A stretch of 36,789 bases of DNA from Thermoanaerobaculia bacterium (GCA_041575955.1 JBFGLX010000003.1:1-36789), one strand, 5' to 3'; shown: positions 23,548 to 33,180, counted from the first letter of the stretch. Notes: a model not told the origin generated them from the sequence alone. Numbers and translations are program-made.

Positions 23548-26013
23548 ATGGGCAAGCGCGACTCGAGAGACCAGAGCCGAGGCCGCAAGCAGGTCACGGT
23601 GGTCAATTCGAAAGGGCAGGAGAGCCGTTTCCTGCGCGGCATGATCACCCACGACCTGGTGCAGCGCGGTCTCGACTTCGATCGGGCGTACGCCATCGCC
23701 AGCTCGGTGCGCGACACGGTCGGCGGGCGCGAGCGGGTCTCGACCGGCGAGCTGGCCGGCCTGATCCGGGAGGAGCTCGTCCGCTACCTGGGTCCCGATC
23801 TGCCCGACCACCTGACCCGCGGCTCGCGCCCCGCGCCCGCCTTCTCGGTGCTCTACCACGGCGACCGCCACCCCTTCTCGCGCGGGCTGCTGGCGCGCAG
23901 CATCCACGCCGCCGGGCTGGAGCTCGACCACGCCTACCGGTTGGTGCGCCGGCTGACCGAGATCCTCCAGGAAGAGGGGCGCAGCGAGCTGCGCAGTGAC
24001 GAGCTGGTGCGGCGGGTCAGCGAGCTGCTCCGGGAGACGGAGGGTGCGGAGGCGGCGCGCCGGTATCTGCTGGTCCGGCGCATCAACCGGCTGCCGAGAC
24101 CCCTGGTCGTCTACGTCGGGGGCGCCACCGGCACCGGCAAGTCGACGCTGTCGCTGGAGCTCGCGCCGCTGCTTCGGATCTACCGGATCGGGGCGACCGA
24201 CACGATCCGGCAGGTACTGCGGATCGTCTTCTCGGAGAAGGTGATGCCGGAGCTCCACAGCTCGAGCTTCGAGACGATCTCTCCGTTCGGCTTCGAGGCC
24301 TCCGAGCCGCCGTTACGGCTCAGCGAGACCGACTCCTCGGACCTGCTGTTGCAGAGCTACGAGGAGCAGTCCGCCCGGGTCGTGGTCGGCGTGCGCGCCA
24401 TCGTCGAGCGCGCCATCACCGAGAACACCAGCCTGATCGTCGAGGGCGTCCACCTCTGCCCACCGCTGGTGCCCTTCAAGGACCTCGAGGGCGCGATCTA
24501 CCAGGTGCCGCTGGTGCTGGCGACCCTCGATCCGGAAGTGCACCGCTCGAGGTTCCTCGCCCGCGCGGGCGCCACCGGCCGGCACGCCGAGCGCTATCTC
24601 GAGCGCTTTCGGGCCATCCGCCAGATTCACGATTTCGTTCTCCACCAGGCCGAGCTCCACGACGTCCAGACCGTCGACACCTCGGACGGCGATCCGCCGG
24701 TGGTGGAGACGCTGCGGCTGGTGACCGAGATGCTGGGCAGCAAGCTGCCGGAGTTCTACTCGTCGGCCGATGGCGCGACCGACACGCCGGTGCCGACCCT
24801 GCTGCTGGTCGTGGACGGCCTCGCGGACCGGCCGATCCGCGCCCTCGGCGGGCGCACGCCGCTGCAGGCGGCCAGGACGCCGACGCTCGATCGGCTGGCC
24901 CGCGAGGGACAGACCGGGCTGGCCGACCCGGTCTCGCCGGGCGTGGTCCCGGACACCGCCGCCGGCAGCCTGGCGCTGTTCGGCCAGTCGCCGGTGGCGA
25001 TGAAGCGGGGACCGGTAGAGGCGCTCGGCGCGGGCATCGAGCTCGGCCCGGGCGACGTGGCCCTGCGCGGCAACTTCGCCACCCTCGACGACCAGGGCCT
25101 GGTGATCGATCGCCGGGCAGGGCGCATTCGCGAGGGTGTCGGCGAGCTCGCCAAGGCGCTCGATCGACTGCCGCTGACCGGTGGCCTGGCCGACGAGATC
25201 GAGGTGCGGGTGCGCAACGCCACCGAGCATCGGCTGGCGATCGTCCTGCGCGGGGAGCGGCTGTCGTCCGCGATCCTGGGCAGCGATCCGGGCGAAGGCG
25301 CCGCCCCGGGGCGGCCCCTGATCCCGCGGCCGCTCGACCCCCACGACGAAGCCGCGGTCTACACCGCGCGGGCGCTGGCGCTGTTCGAGCAGCAGGCGCG
25401 GCAGGTGCTCGGCGGCCACAAGCTCAACAAGCGGCGGCGGCGCGAAGGGCTGCCGGTCGCCAATGCGGTGATCACGCGCGGCGCCGGCCACCTCCACCGG
25501 TTGATTCCCCTGGAGGAGGCCGGCTTCCCGTTGCGTATCGCTTGCGTCGCCGGCGACCGGACGGTGCTCGGGCTGGCCGGCTGGCTCGGAGCTCGAACGA
25601 TCCACAGCGCCGAGATGACGGCCAGCCTCGACAGCAATCTGCGACTCAAGTTCGACGAAGCGCTCGCGGCGTTGGCGAGCTCGGATCTGGTCATCCTGCA
25701 CCTCAAGGGAGCCGACATCGCCGCCCACGACCAGCGTCCGGATCTCAAGGTCGACTTCATCGAGCGCTTCGATCGCGAGCTCGGCAGGCTGGTCAAGAAG
25801 CACGACGGCCCCCTGCGGATCGCCGTCGGGTCCGATCACTCGACCCTGTCGGAGAGCGGGCAGCACGCGGCCGACCCGGTACCGGTGCTGATCTGGGGCG
25901 ACGGCATCGAGCCCGACGCGGTCGAAGCCTTCGACGAGTCCTCGGCCGGCGGCGGACGGCTGCAGCGCTTTCCGCTCCAGATGTTCCTGACCCGGCTCTA
26001 CGAGCCGCGCTAA
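23548..26013 (+). CDS. Fusion of 2-phosphoglycerate kinase-like (ATP-cone + P-loop) and cofactor-independent phosphoglycerate mutase (ApgM type), 821 aa
   Basis: N-half: FLRGMITHDL and PFSRGLLARSI, GGATGTGKST, TDTIRQ, IVEGVHL. C-half from about 24790: LVVDGLAD, GRTPLQAARTPTLD, RGNFAT, DRRAGRI, HLKGADIAAHD, GSDHST, HAADPVP. Confidence 0.88.
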   Translation: MGKRDSRDQSRGRKQVTVVNSKGQESRFLRGMITHDLVQRGLDFDRAYAIASSVRDTVGGRERVSTGELAGLIREELVRYLGPDLPDHLTRGSRPAPAFSVLYHGDRHPFSRGLLARSIHAAGLELDHAYRLVRRLTEILQEEGRSELRSDELVRRVSELLRETEGAEAARRYLLVRRINRLPRPLVVYVGGATGTGKSTLSLELAPLLRIYRIGATDTIRQVLRIVFSEKVMPELHSSSFETISPFGFEASEPPLRLSETDSSDLLLQSYEEQSARVVVGVRAIVERAITENTSLIVEGVHLCPPLVPFKDLEGAIYQVPLVLATLDPEVHRSRFLARAGATGRHAERYLERFRAIRQIHDFVLHQAELHDVQTVDTSDGDPPVVETLRLVTEMLGSKLPEFYSSADGATDTPVPTLLLVVDGLADRPIRALGGRTPLQAARTPTLDRLAREGQTGLADPVSPGVVPDTAAGSLALFGQSPVAMKRGPVEALGAGIELGPGDVALRGNFATLDDQGLVIDRRAGRIREGVGELAKALDRLPLTGGLADEIEVRVRNATEHRLAIVLRGERLSSAILGSDPGEGAAPGRPLIPRPLDPHDEAAVYTARALALFEQQARQVLGGHKLNKRRRREGLPVANAVITRGAGHLHRLIPLEEAGFPLRIACVAGDRTVLGLAGWLGARTIHSAEMTASLDSNLRLKFDEALAALASSDLVILHLKGADIAAHDQRPDLKVDFIERFDRELGRLVKKHDGPLRIAVGSDHSTLSESGQHAADPVPVLIWGDGIEPDAVEAFDESSAGGGRLQRFPLQMFLTRLYEPR

Positions 26014-26104
26014 GAGCTCGATCGGACCGCTCGGCCCGGGTGCGCGAAATGCGCGGCCGGGTCCGTCCAATGAGTGAGAGGGGTGCCATCGAGGAGGCTG
26101 GCGA

Positions 26105-28492
26105 ATGTCCAAGAACATCGTTCTCTGTTCCGACGGCACCGGCAACTCGGCCGGCAAGCGCGGCGAGGGCACCAACGTCTGGAAGCTCTTTCGCGCCGTC
26201 GACGTGCACCGCCGCAACTCCGAGAAACGCCTGCAGATGTCGTTCTATGACGATGGCGTGGGCTCGGGCGGAATGAAGATCCTCAAGATGCTGGGCGGCG
26301 CGTTCGGCATGGGCTTGAACCGCAACATTCGCGATCTCTACTCCTTCCTCGTACAGCACTACGATCCGGGCGACCGCATCTTCCTGTTCGGCTTCAGCCG
26401 CGGGGCCTTCACCGTGCGGGCACTGGCCGGCTTCGTGCACACCTGCGGGATCATCGACCGCAACCGGCCGATGCCGTTTCCCTGGCGCTGGTGGCACTGG
26501 CTGCTGCCCTGGCGCTGGGGTCGCAAGGGCACCGCCTGGTCGCTCGAAGAGCGGATCCGCAAGGCGTTCTCGATCTACCGCGACGCGCACCGCTCGGGAG
26601 CCTCGGGCTCGGCCCGCGGCACCGAGCTGACGTCGGAGCGCAGCCGCGCCTTCCGCGACCAGCAGAGCGTCGAGATCCCCGAGGATCTGCGCGGCGCCGG
26701 CTGCGGCGGCGCGCACCAGATCCCGATCGAGTGTCTGGGCCTGTGGGACACGGTGGACGCGGTGGGGCTGCCGGTCGACGAGCTCACCCAGGCGCTCGAC
26801 AAGATCCTGCGCTTCAGCTTCTACCGGCACGGCCTCCTGCCGTGTGTCCAGAGGGGGTTCCACGCGCTGGCCATCGACGACCAGCGGCACACGTTCCACC
26901 CCGTGCTCTGGGACGAGTCGAAGATCCAGCCGCACCAGGAGATCGAGCAGGTCTGGTTCGCCGGTATGCACTCGAACGTCGGTGGCGGCTATCCCAAGGA
27001 CCAGATGGCGCTGGTGACCCTGGACTGGATGATGCGCAAGGTCGGATACGACGCGACCGACAATCCACGGGGTCTGCACTTCCGGCCCGGCCTGGCCGAG
27101 GAGTGGTGCCAGGAGGCCAACGTCAACGGCAAGCTCTACGACTCCCGATCGGGCCTCTCGGCCTACTACCGCTACCGGCCCCGCGACATCGACGAGCTGG
27201 CGCGCGAGTACCAGAAGCTGCCGGCCGGTCAGCTGCCCAAGGTGCACGTCAGCGTCGTCGAGCGGATCCGCAACGCCACCGACGACTACGCGCCGGTCAA
27301 CCTGCCCAGGGAGTTCGAGGTCGTCGACCTCCGGGGTCCAACGACCGGTGACGGCGACTGCGACGGCCCGACCCCGCCGGCGAGCCAGCCCTGGTGGGAG
27401 CACGTCGGCGCCACCGTGCGGGCGCGCGAGAACGGCTGGCGTGCGTTCGACGTCGCCTGGGACGTCATCTGGCTCCGGCGGCTGCTCTACTTCGCGTTCG
27501 TCGCGCTGACCGGATTCCTGGTCTGGCGGCTGATGACCCTGCCGTCGGCGGAAGAGGTCGGCGCCGAGGTGCCGTGGGGAGTGGCGAGCCCGCTGTTCGA
27601 AGTCGCTCGCTGGGCGGCGCCTGCGGCCACCGAGGGCCCGGTGCTGGCGCTGCGCGACAACCCCTTCTGGCTGCTGCTGGTGCTCGCCATCGGCGCGACC
27701 CTGCTAGTGATCCGGAGCCGGCTGCTCCTCCGCACGCGCGAAGCGGGCTCGGCCGCCTGGCGGCACTTTTACGGCCTCGGCACCCGCCTGCCGCGGGCCA
27801 ACCTGCTCGAGAAGCTGGTACGCGGCATTCGCAAGTCGCCGCTCACCAGGCTGTCGCGATGGTTCAGCCGCACCGTGATGCCCTGGCTGGTGCTCGGCGC
27901 CCTCGGCGTAGGAGTCGTCTGGCTAGGCTACCGCCTGACCCAGCCACCGGCGCCGCCACCGGCGCCGGACACCGCCTGTGGCCGCGGGTCGGTGGCGCGA
28001 ACGCTGGAGGTCGGCGGCGAGCGCTCGAGCCGCTTCGAGACCGGCTGTCCGGCGCACGCCACCGACGCCCTCTTGGAGGCGGGCGCCCGCTACTCGATCG
28101 CGGTGACGATCGATCCCCAGGTCGACGAGGAGTGGTGCGACGCGAGCTTCGCGGCCGGTCCGGCCGGGCTGCGGGAGCCGGCCGGAGACTCGGAGTGCGG
28201 CGACGGGCCGGGTGCGGCGAAGAGCCCTTCAGAGGCCGGCATCTTCCGCTGGGGTCGGTTTCTGAAAAGGGCTCCCCACAGCGGCTGGTACGTCCTGCTG
28301 GGCGAGATCGGCGCCGGCGGCGGGCAACGGTTCGAGATCGCCGAGGGCGTGGCCGAATACCGCGCGACGGCCACCGGCCCGCTCCGCCTCTACGTCAACG
28401 ACGCCATCTGCTACGTCTGCCCCTCGGGGCCGTGGTGGTTCTACGACAACAACGAGGGCAGCGCCACGGTCACGGTCCGGCGCCTCGACTAG
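26105..28492 (+). CDS. DUF2235 (Tle1-like alpha/beta hydrolase) membrane protein with C-terminal beta-sandwich, 795 aa
   Basis: IVLCSDGTGN, GFSRGA (GxSxG), GLWDTV, HALAIDDQR, WFAGMHSNVGGGY. About 3 TM segments. C-terminal YVNDA...YDNNEGSATVTV. GAGGAGG RBS. Confidence 0.88.
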   Translation: MSKNIVLCSDGTGNSAGKRGEGTNVWKLFRAVDVHRRNSEKRLQMSFYDDGVGSGGMKILKMLGGAFGMGLNRNIRDLYSFLVQHYDPGDRIFLFGFSRGAFTVRALAGFVHTCGIIDRNRPMPFPWRWWHWLLPWRWGRKGTAWSLEERIRKAFSIYRDAHRSGASGSARGTELTSERSRAFRDQQSVEIPEDLRGAGCGGAHQIPIECLGLWDTVDAVGLPVDELTQALDKILRFSFYRHGLLPCVQRGFHALAIDDQRHTFHPVLWDESKIQPHQEIEQVWFAGMHSNVGGGYPKDQMALVTLDWMMRKVGYDATDNPRGLHFRPGLAEEWCQEANVNGKLYDSRSGLSAYYRYRPRDIDELAREYQKLPAGQLPKVHVSVVERIRNATDDYAPVNLPREFEVVDLRGPTTGDGDCDGPTPPASQPWWEHVGATVRARENGWRAFDVAWDVIWLRRLLYFAFVALTGFLVWRLMTLPSAEEVGAEVPWGVASPLFEVARWAAPAATEGPVLALRDNPFWLLLVLAIGATLLVIRSRLLLRTREAGSAAWRHFYGLGTRLPRANLLEKLVRGIRKSPLTRLSRWFSRTVMPWLVLGALGVGVVWLGYRLTQPPAPPPAPDTACGRGSVARTLEVGGERSSRFETGCPAHATDALLEAGARYSIAVTIDPQVDEEWCDASFAAGPAGLREPAGDSECGDGPGAAKSPSEAGIFRWGRFLKRAPHSGWYVLLGEIGAGGGQRFEIAEGVAEYRATATGPLRLYVNDAICYVCPSGPWWFYDNNEGSATVTVRRLD

Positions 28493-29363
28493 GTTTCCCC
28501 CATGGCTCGACGTGGGTGACCACGTCCGCCAGGCCGAGCTCCTGCTCGAGCCGGTCGGCGACGCGGTGGCCGATCGCGTGGGCCTCGTCCAGGCGCAGGT
28601 CGGGCCGCACCTGGACGTGGAGATCGGCGTGTCCGCCGCCCGGAGCGACCCGCGTGCGGATCTTGTGCACGCCCCGCACGCCGTCGACCGCCATGGCGAT
28701 GGCCCGCACCTCGCCGGCCGGCACGACCGCCGCGTCGGTCAGGCGCACCGTGCTCCGGCGCAGGATCTGGAGCGCCGCCCGGGCGATGACGGCGGTGATC
28801 ACGACCGCCACAAAGACGTCGACCCGCGGGTATCCGAGGCGGACGGCGGCGAGGCTGGCGAGCACCGACAACGAGACGAAGACGTCGCTGCGCGTGTGCG
28901 CGGCGTCGGCCAGCAGGAGCTCGCTGCCCAGCCGGCGCCCCTGCCGCTGCTCGTAGAGCGTGACCGCGATGTTGATCAGCATCGTCGCCACCATCACCGC
29001 CACCGCCAGTGGCCCGACCTCGGGCGCGCCGCCGCCCAGCAGCCGGTTGAAGCAGCTGCGCAGGATCTCCCAGGCGGTCATCGCGAGCAGCCCGCCCATC
29101 AGCAGGGCGGCCAGGGTCTCGAACTTCCAGTGGCCGTAGGGGTGGTCCTCGTCCGGGGGGCGGGCGGCGAGCGAGATGCCGATCAGACCCACCACGTTCG
29201 AGGCCGAATCGGTCAGCGAGTGGAATCCGTCGGCGATCATGCTGATGCTCTGGATCGCGGCGCCGACGGCGAGCTTGGCGCCGGCGACGGCCAGGTTGAG
29301 CGCCAGGGTGATCGCGAGCGTGCGCCGCACCGAGCGAACCGCGCGCTGCGAATCGCCGGCCAT
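28470..29363 (-). CDS. Cation diffusion facilitator (FieF-like) transporter, 297 aa
   Basis: ADGFHSLTD, HPYGHWKFE, ADAAHTRSD (HD-HD site), C-terminal HVEP. The 3' end overlaps the convergent DUF2235 gene by 23 nt. Confidence 0.93.
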   Translation of the reverse strand: MAGDSQRAVRSVRRTLAITLALNLAVAGAKLAVGAAIQSISMIADGFHSLTDSASNVVGLIGISLAARPPDEDHPYGHWKFETLAALLMGGLLAMTAWEILRSCFNRLLGGGAPEVGPLAVAVMVATMLINIAVTLYEQRQGRRLGSELLLADAAHTRSDVFVSLSVLASLAAVRLGYPRVDVFVAVVITAVIARAALQILRRSTVRLTDAAVVPAGEVRAIAMAVDGVRGVHKIRTRVAPGGGHADLHVQVRPDLRLDEAHAIGHRVADRLEQELGLADVVTHVEPWGKPSRGAGP

Positions 29364-29367
29364 CGGG

Positions 29368-30738
29368 CTAGTCGATCCAGACCGTCTTGACGTTGACGAA
29401 CTCGCGGATGCCGAACGGGCCGAGCTCACGGCCGTAGCCGGACTCCTTGATGCCGCCGAACGGCAGCCGCGGATCGGAGCGCACGAAGCCGTTGACGAAA
29501 CAGCATCCGGCCTCGAGCCGGTCGCGGGCGAGCCGCTCGGCGCGCTCGACGTCGCCGGAGAAGATCGCCGCGCCGAGCCCGAACGGCGAGTCGTTGGCGG
29601 TCTCGATCGCCTCGTCTTCGCCGGCGACCGGGATGATCGCCGCCACCGGCCCGAAGAGCTCCTCGGCGTAGGCGGGCATGCCGGGCCCGACCTCGGTCAG
29701 GACCGATGCGGGGTAGAAGGCTCCGGCCCCGTCCGGCAGCTCGCCGCCGAGCAGGCAGCGCGCGCCGGCGTCGATGCTCCCGGTCACCTGCCGGTGGAGC
29801 TCGTCGCGCAGGTCGACCCTGGCCTGCGGCCCGATGTCGGTTCTCGGATCGAACGGGTCGCCCAGCCGCTTGCCGCTCATCGACTCGACGAAGCGGCGCT
29901 CGAACTCCGCGCGCACGCTCTCGACGACAATGAAGCGCTTGGCGGCGATGCAGCTCTGGCCGCTGTTGATCAGCCGGCTGGCTACGCACGCCTCGACCGT
30001 GCTCCGGAGATCGGCGTCGCCGAGGACGACGTAGGGATCGCTGCCGCCGAGCTCGAGCACCGTCTTCTTGAGGGCGGCGCCCGCCTGGGAGGCCACCGCC
30101 CGGCCGGCCGGCGTCGAGCCGGTGAGGGTGACGGCGCGAATCGCCGGATGCTCGATCACCCGCTCGACGCCCGCGGAGGAGATCAGCAGCGTGCGGAAGA
30201 GGTCGTCGGGCAGGCCGGCGTCCCGGAAGACCTCCTCGATCGCCAGGGCGCAGCCGGAGACGTTGCTGGCGTGCTTGAGGACGCCGCCGTTGCCGGCCAT
30301 CAGGTTCGGCGCGGCGAACCGGAAGACCTGCCAGAAGGGGAAGTTCCAGGGCATCACGGCCAGCACCACCCCGAGCGGCCGGAAGCTCACGAAGCCGCGC
30401 TCTGCGTCGCCCTCGAGGTCGACTTCCTCGTCCTGCAGGAACCCGGCGCCGTTGCGGGCGTAGTAGTCGCAAACCCAGGCGCACTTGTCGATCTCCGAAC
30501 GGCCCTGCTCGAGCGGCTTGCCCATCTCCCTGGCCATCAGCTCGGCGTAGCGGTCACGGCGCTCGCGCAGGATGGCGGCGGCCGCGGAAATGCCGGCGGT
30601 CCGCTCGCCGAGCTCGGAGTGCCGCCAGGCGCCGGCCGCCGCCGCGGTCCGCTCGAGGATCTCGTCGACCGCGGCCGAGGTCATCTCCTGGTAGCGCTCG
30701 ATCGTCTCGCCGGTCGCCGGGTTGATGCTCTCGATCAT
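29368..30738 (-). CDS. NAD(P)-dependent succinate-semialdehyde dehydrogenase-like aldehyde dehydrogenase, 456 aa
   Basis: SINPATGE, VMPWNFPFWQ, LTGST, LELGGSDP, GQSCIAAKR, EELFGP, PFGGIKESGYGRE. AGGAG RBS. Confidence 0.94.
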   Translation of the reverse strand: MIESINPATGETIERYQEMTSAAVDEILERTAAAAGAWRHSELGERTAGISAAAAILRERRDRYAELMAREMGKPLEQGRSEIDKCAWVCDYYARNGAGFLQDEEVDLEGDAERGFVSFRPLGVVLAVMPWNFPFWQVFRFAAPNLMAGNGGVLKHASNVSGCALAIEEVFRDAGLPDDLFRTLLISSAGVERVIEHPAIRAVTLTGSTPAGRAVASQAGAALKKTVLELGGSDPYVVLGDADLRSTVEACVASRLINSGQSCIAAKRFIVVESVRAEFERRFVESMSGKRLGDPFDPRTDIGPQARVDLRDELHRQVTGSIDAGARCLLGGELPDGAGAFYPASVLTEVGPGMPAYAEELFGPVAAIIPVAGEDEAIETANDSPFGLGAAIFSGDVERAERLARDRLEAGCCFVNGFVRSDPRLPFGGIKESGYGRELGPFGIREFVNVKTVWID

Positions 30739-30822
30739 CTGAATCTCCTGGTCCGGGCTGCTCCGTCTGGTGTGTCCGGGCCGGCCGCTCACGCCTGGCG
30801 CGCGCCGCTACGGAACTGGCAG

Positions 30823-30828
30823 TATCCT
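30823..30828 (+). promoter_or_regulatory. -10 box TATCCT, probable leaderless promoter of mscS-ndh
   Basis: Lies 7 nt upstream of ATG 30836, with no SD. Confidence 0.45.
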
Positions 30829-30835
30829 ACGTCGG

Positions 30836-31873
30836 ATGAACGAGAACCCGGCGAGCGACCCGAGAGAAGTGCTGACGCTGGTCACCCAGACCCTGGTCGA
30901 GAAGGGGCGGGAGTTCATCGCGTGGCTGCCGCTGCTGATCGCGGCGCTGCTGCTGGTCGCCCTGTTCGCCTGGCTCGCCGGCTGGGTGGGGCGCTGGCGG
31001 AAGCCCTACGAGCGGCTCTCGAGCAACGCCTTCGTGCGCGACCTCGTGCGCAACATCGTGCGTATGTCGGTCTTCGTGGTCGGCCTGCTGCTGGCGCTCG
31101 ACCTGCTCGAGGCGACCGCCCTCGTCGGCGCCATCCTGGGGGCGGCGGGCGTCCTGGGCATCGCCGTCGGCTTCGCCTTCCGGGACGTCGGCGAGAACTT
31201 CCTGGCCAGCGTGCTGCTGAGCCTGCGTCAGCCGTTCGGGCCGAGCGACCACGTGGTGATCGACGGCCACGAGGGCAAGGTCCTGCGGCTGTCGACGCGC
31301 TCGACCTGGCTGGTGACGCTCGACGGCAATCATCTTCGGCTGCCCAACTCGACCGTGTTCAAGGCGCCGATCCTCAACTACTCGCGCAGCCCGTTCCGGC
31401 GCTTCGACTTCGGCGTCGGGATCGGCGTCGAGGAGGACCTGGTCCGGGCCCAGGAGCTCGGCGTGGAGACGCTGGAGGCGATTCCCGGGGTGCTCGGCGA
31501 GCCGCGCGCCTTCGCCCGGGTGGAGGCGCTGCAGGACTCGAGCGTCCTGGTGCGCTACTACGCCTGGGTCGACCAGCGCGAGCATGAGTTCGGCGCGGTC
31601 CGCAGCCAGGCCATGATCGAAGTGAAACAGGCGCTCGAAGCCGCCGGCCTCGATCTGCCCGAGCCGATCTACCGCCTGCGGGTCACCCAGGCGGACCCGG
31701 CCGCGGCCGCCTCCCCGCCGCGAGCTCCGCAGAGGGCGCCGGCCAAGGCGCCGGCACGCCAGGCGGCGGCCGACCGGGAAGCGGCCACCGACGTCACCAT
31801 CGAGCGGCAGATCGAGCGCGAGCGGGCGGCGGCGGGCGACGATCTGTTCAGCGACGAGAGCCGGTTCGAGTGA
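30836..31873 (+). CDS. Small-conductance mechanosensitive channel (MscS family), 345 aa
   Basis: TM helices, GVLGIAVGFAFRD..ENF, QPF..DHV, EGKV, LPNSTV...NYS. Confidence 0.92.
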   Translation: MNENPASDPREVLTLVTQTLVEKGREFIAWLPLLIAALLLVALFAWLAGWVGRWRKPYERLSSNAFVRDLVRNIVRMSVFVVGLLLALDLLEATALVGAILGAAGVLGIAVGFAFRDVGENFLASVLLSLRQPFGPSDHVVIDGHEGKVLRLSTRSTWLVTLDGNHLRLPNSTVFKAPILNYSRSPFRRFDFGVGIGVEEDLVRAQELGVETLEAIPGVLGEPRAFARVEALQDSSVLVRYYAWVDQREHEFGAVRSQAMIEVKQALEAAGLDLPEPIYRLRVTQADPAAAASPPRAPQRAPAKAPARQAAADREAATDVTIERQIERERAAAGDDLFSDESRFE

Positions 31874-33180
31874 GCGCCGGCGGCAGCGACGAGTCGAGGC
31901 ACCGCGTCGTCATCGTCGGTGGCGGATTCGCGGGCCTGAACGCGGCACGCGGGCTCGATCGAAGCCCGGTCGAGCTGACTCTGGTCGACCGCCGCAACTT
32001 CCACCTCTTCCAGCCGCTCCTCTACCAGGTGGCGACCGGCGGGCTGTCGCCGGCGGACCTCTGCGCGCCGCTGCGGGCGGTGCTCAAGCGGCAGGCCAAC
32101 GCCACCGTGCTGCTGAGCGAAGTGGTCGGTTTCGACGTCCCCGGCCGGCGGGTGACCCTGGCCGACGGCGAGCTGCCCTACGACACCCTGATCGTCGCCG
32201 CCGGCGCACGCCACCACTACTTCGGCCGCCCTGAGTGGGAGCGGGTCGCCCCGGGGCTCAAGGACGTGGAGGACGCGACCGAGATCCGCGGTCGCATCCT
32301 CGGCGCCTTCGAGGCGGCCGAGCTGACCACGGACCCGGAGCGCCGGCGGGAGCTCTTGACGTTCGTGGTGGTCGGGGCCGGGGCCACCGGCGTCGAGCTG
32401 GCGGGCGCGATCGGCGAGCTGGCGCGCCACACCCTGCGCCGGGAGTTCAGGCACTTCGCCCCCGAGGAGGCGCGCATCGTGCTCGTGGAGGGGGCCGAGC
32501 GCGTCCTGCCGCCCTACGTGCCGCGACTCTCGGCCGCGGCGCAACGGTCGCTCGAGCGGCTCGGCGTGGAAGTGCTCCTCGGCACCCTGGTCGAGGAGGT
32601 GGGCAAGCGGGCGGTGACGCTGCGCCGGGGCGAAGAGCGGCACCGGATGCCGTGCGCGACCGTCCTGTGGGCCGCCGGCGTCCAGGCGTCGCCGCTGGCC
32701 CGGATGCTCGCCGAAGCGTGCGGAGCGGAGACCGATCGGGCCGGCCGGCTGAAGGCCGCCGCCGACCTGACGGTTCCCGGGCATCCCGAGATCCTCGTCC
32801 TCGGCGACATGATCTACCTCGAGGACCGGCGGGGCCGGGCGCTTCCCGGAACGGCGCCGGTGGCCATGCAGCAGGGACGCTTCGCCGCCAAGCTCGTCAA
32901 GCGGCGCCTGGCGGGCAGACCGGCGCGCGCGTTCCGCTACGCGAACCGGGGCAGCCTGGCGGTGATCGGCAGGGCCGCGGCGGTCGCCGACCTGGGACGA
33001 GTCAAGTTCTCGGGCTACTTCGCCTGGCTGCTCTGGCTGTTCATCCACATCCTCTACCTGGTCGGCTTCGCCAACCGGGTGCTGGTCGCGTTCCAGTGGG
33101 CCTACAGCTACGTCACGCGCGGGCGCGGGGCGCGCATCATCGCCCACTCCTCGGCCGCCGCGGACGACCAGGGATCGTAG
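31870..33180 (+). CDS. ndh: Type II NADH:quinone oxidoreductase (NDH-2), 436 aa
   Basis: GGGFAG, HLFQPLLYQVATG, GAGATGVELAG, WAAGV, APVAMQQG, C-terminal membrane helix. GTGA overlap with the mscS stop. Confidence 0.93.
   Translation: MSAGGSDESRHRVVIVGGGFAGLNAARGLDRSPVELTLVDRRNFHLFQPLLYQVATGGLSPADLCAPLRAVLKRQANATVLLSEVVGFDVPGRRVTLADGELPYDTLIVAAGARHHYFGRPEWERVAPGLKDVEDATEIRGRILGAFEAAELTTDPERRRELLTFVVVGAGATGVELAGAIGELARHTLRREFRHFAPEEARIVLVEGAERVLPPYVPRLSAAAQRSLERLGVEVLLGTLVEEVGKRAVTLRRGEERHRMPCATVLWAAGVQASPLARMLAEACGAETDRAGRLKAAADLTVPGHPEILVLGDMIYLEDRRGRALPGTAPVAMQQGRFAAKLVKRRLAGRPARAFRYANRGSLAVIGRAAAVADLGRVKFSGYFAWLLWLFIHILYLVGFANRVLVAFQWAYSYVTRGRGARIIAHSSAAADDQGS

Noticed and set aside
26021-26066. 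Nested GC hairpin between the 2PGK fusion and the DUF2235 gene (similar stem at 36131-36160)
   Set aside because: No U-tract, and such GC stems arise easily by chance at this composition.
28470-28492. 23-nt convergent overlap of the CDF and DUF2235 3' ends as antisense regulation
   Set aside because: Short tail-to-tail overlaps are common, and the CDF tail after HVEP is non-conserved.
23515-29371. 8-9 nt matches to the repeat end at 23515 (CTAGCCTG) and 29363-29371 (TCGGGCTAG)
   Set aside because: Too short to distinguish from chance, so not counted as copies.
30836-33180. mscS-ndh translational coupling as a functional module
   Set aside because: Both are ordinary family members and I see no sequence evidence of a shared function.
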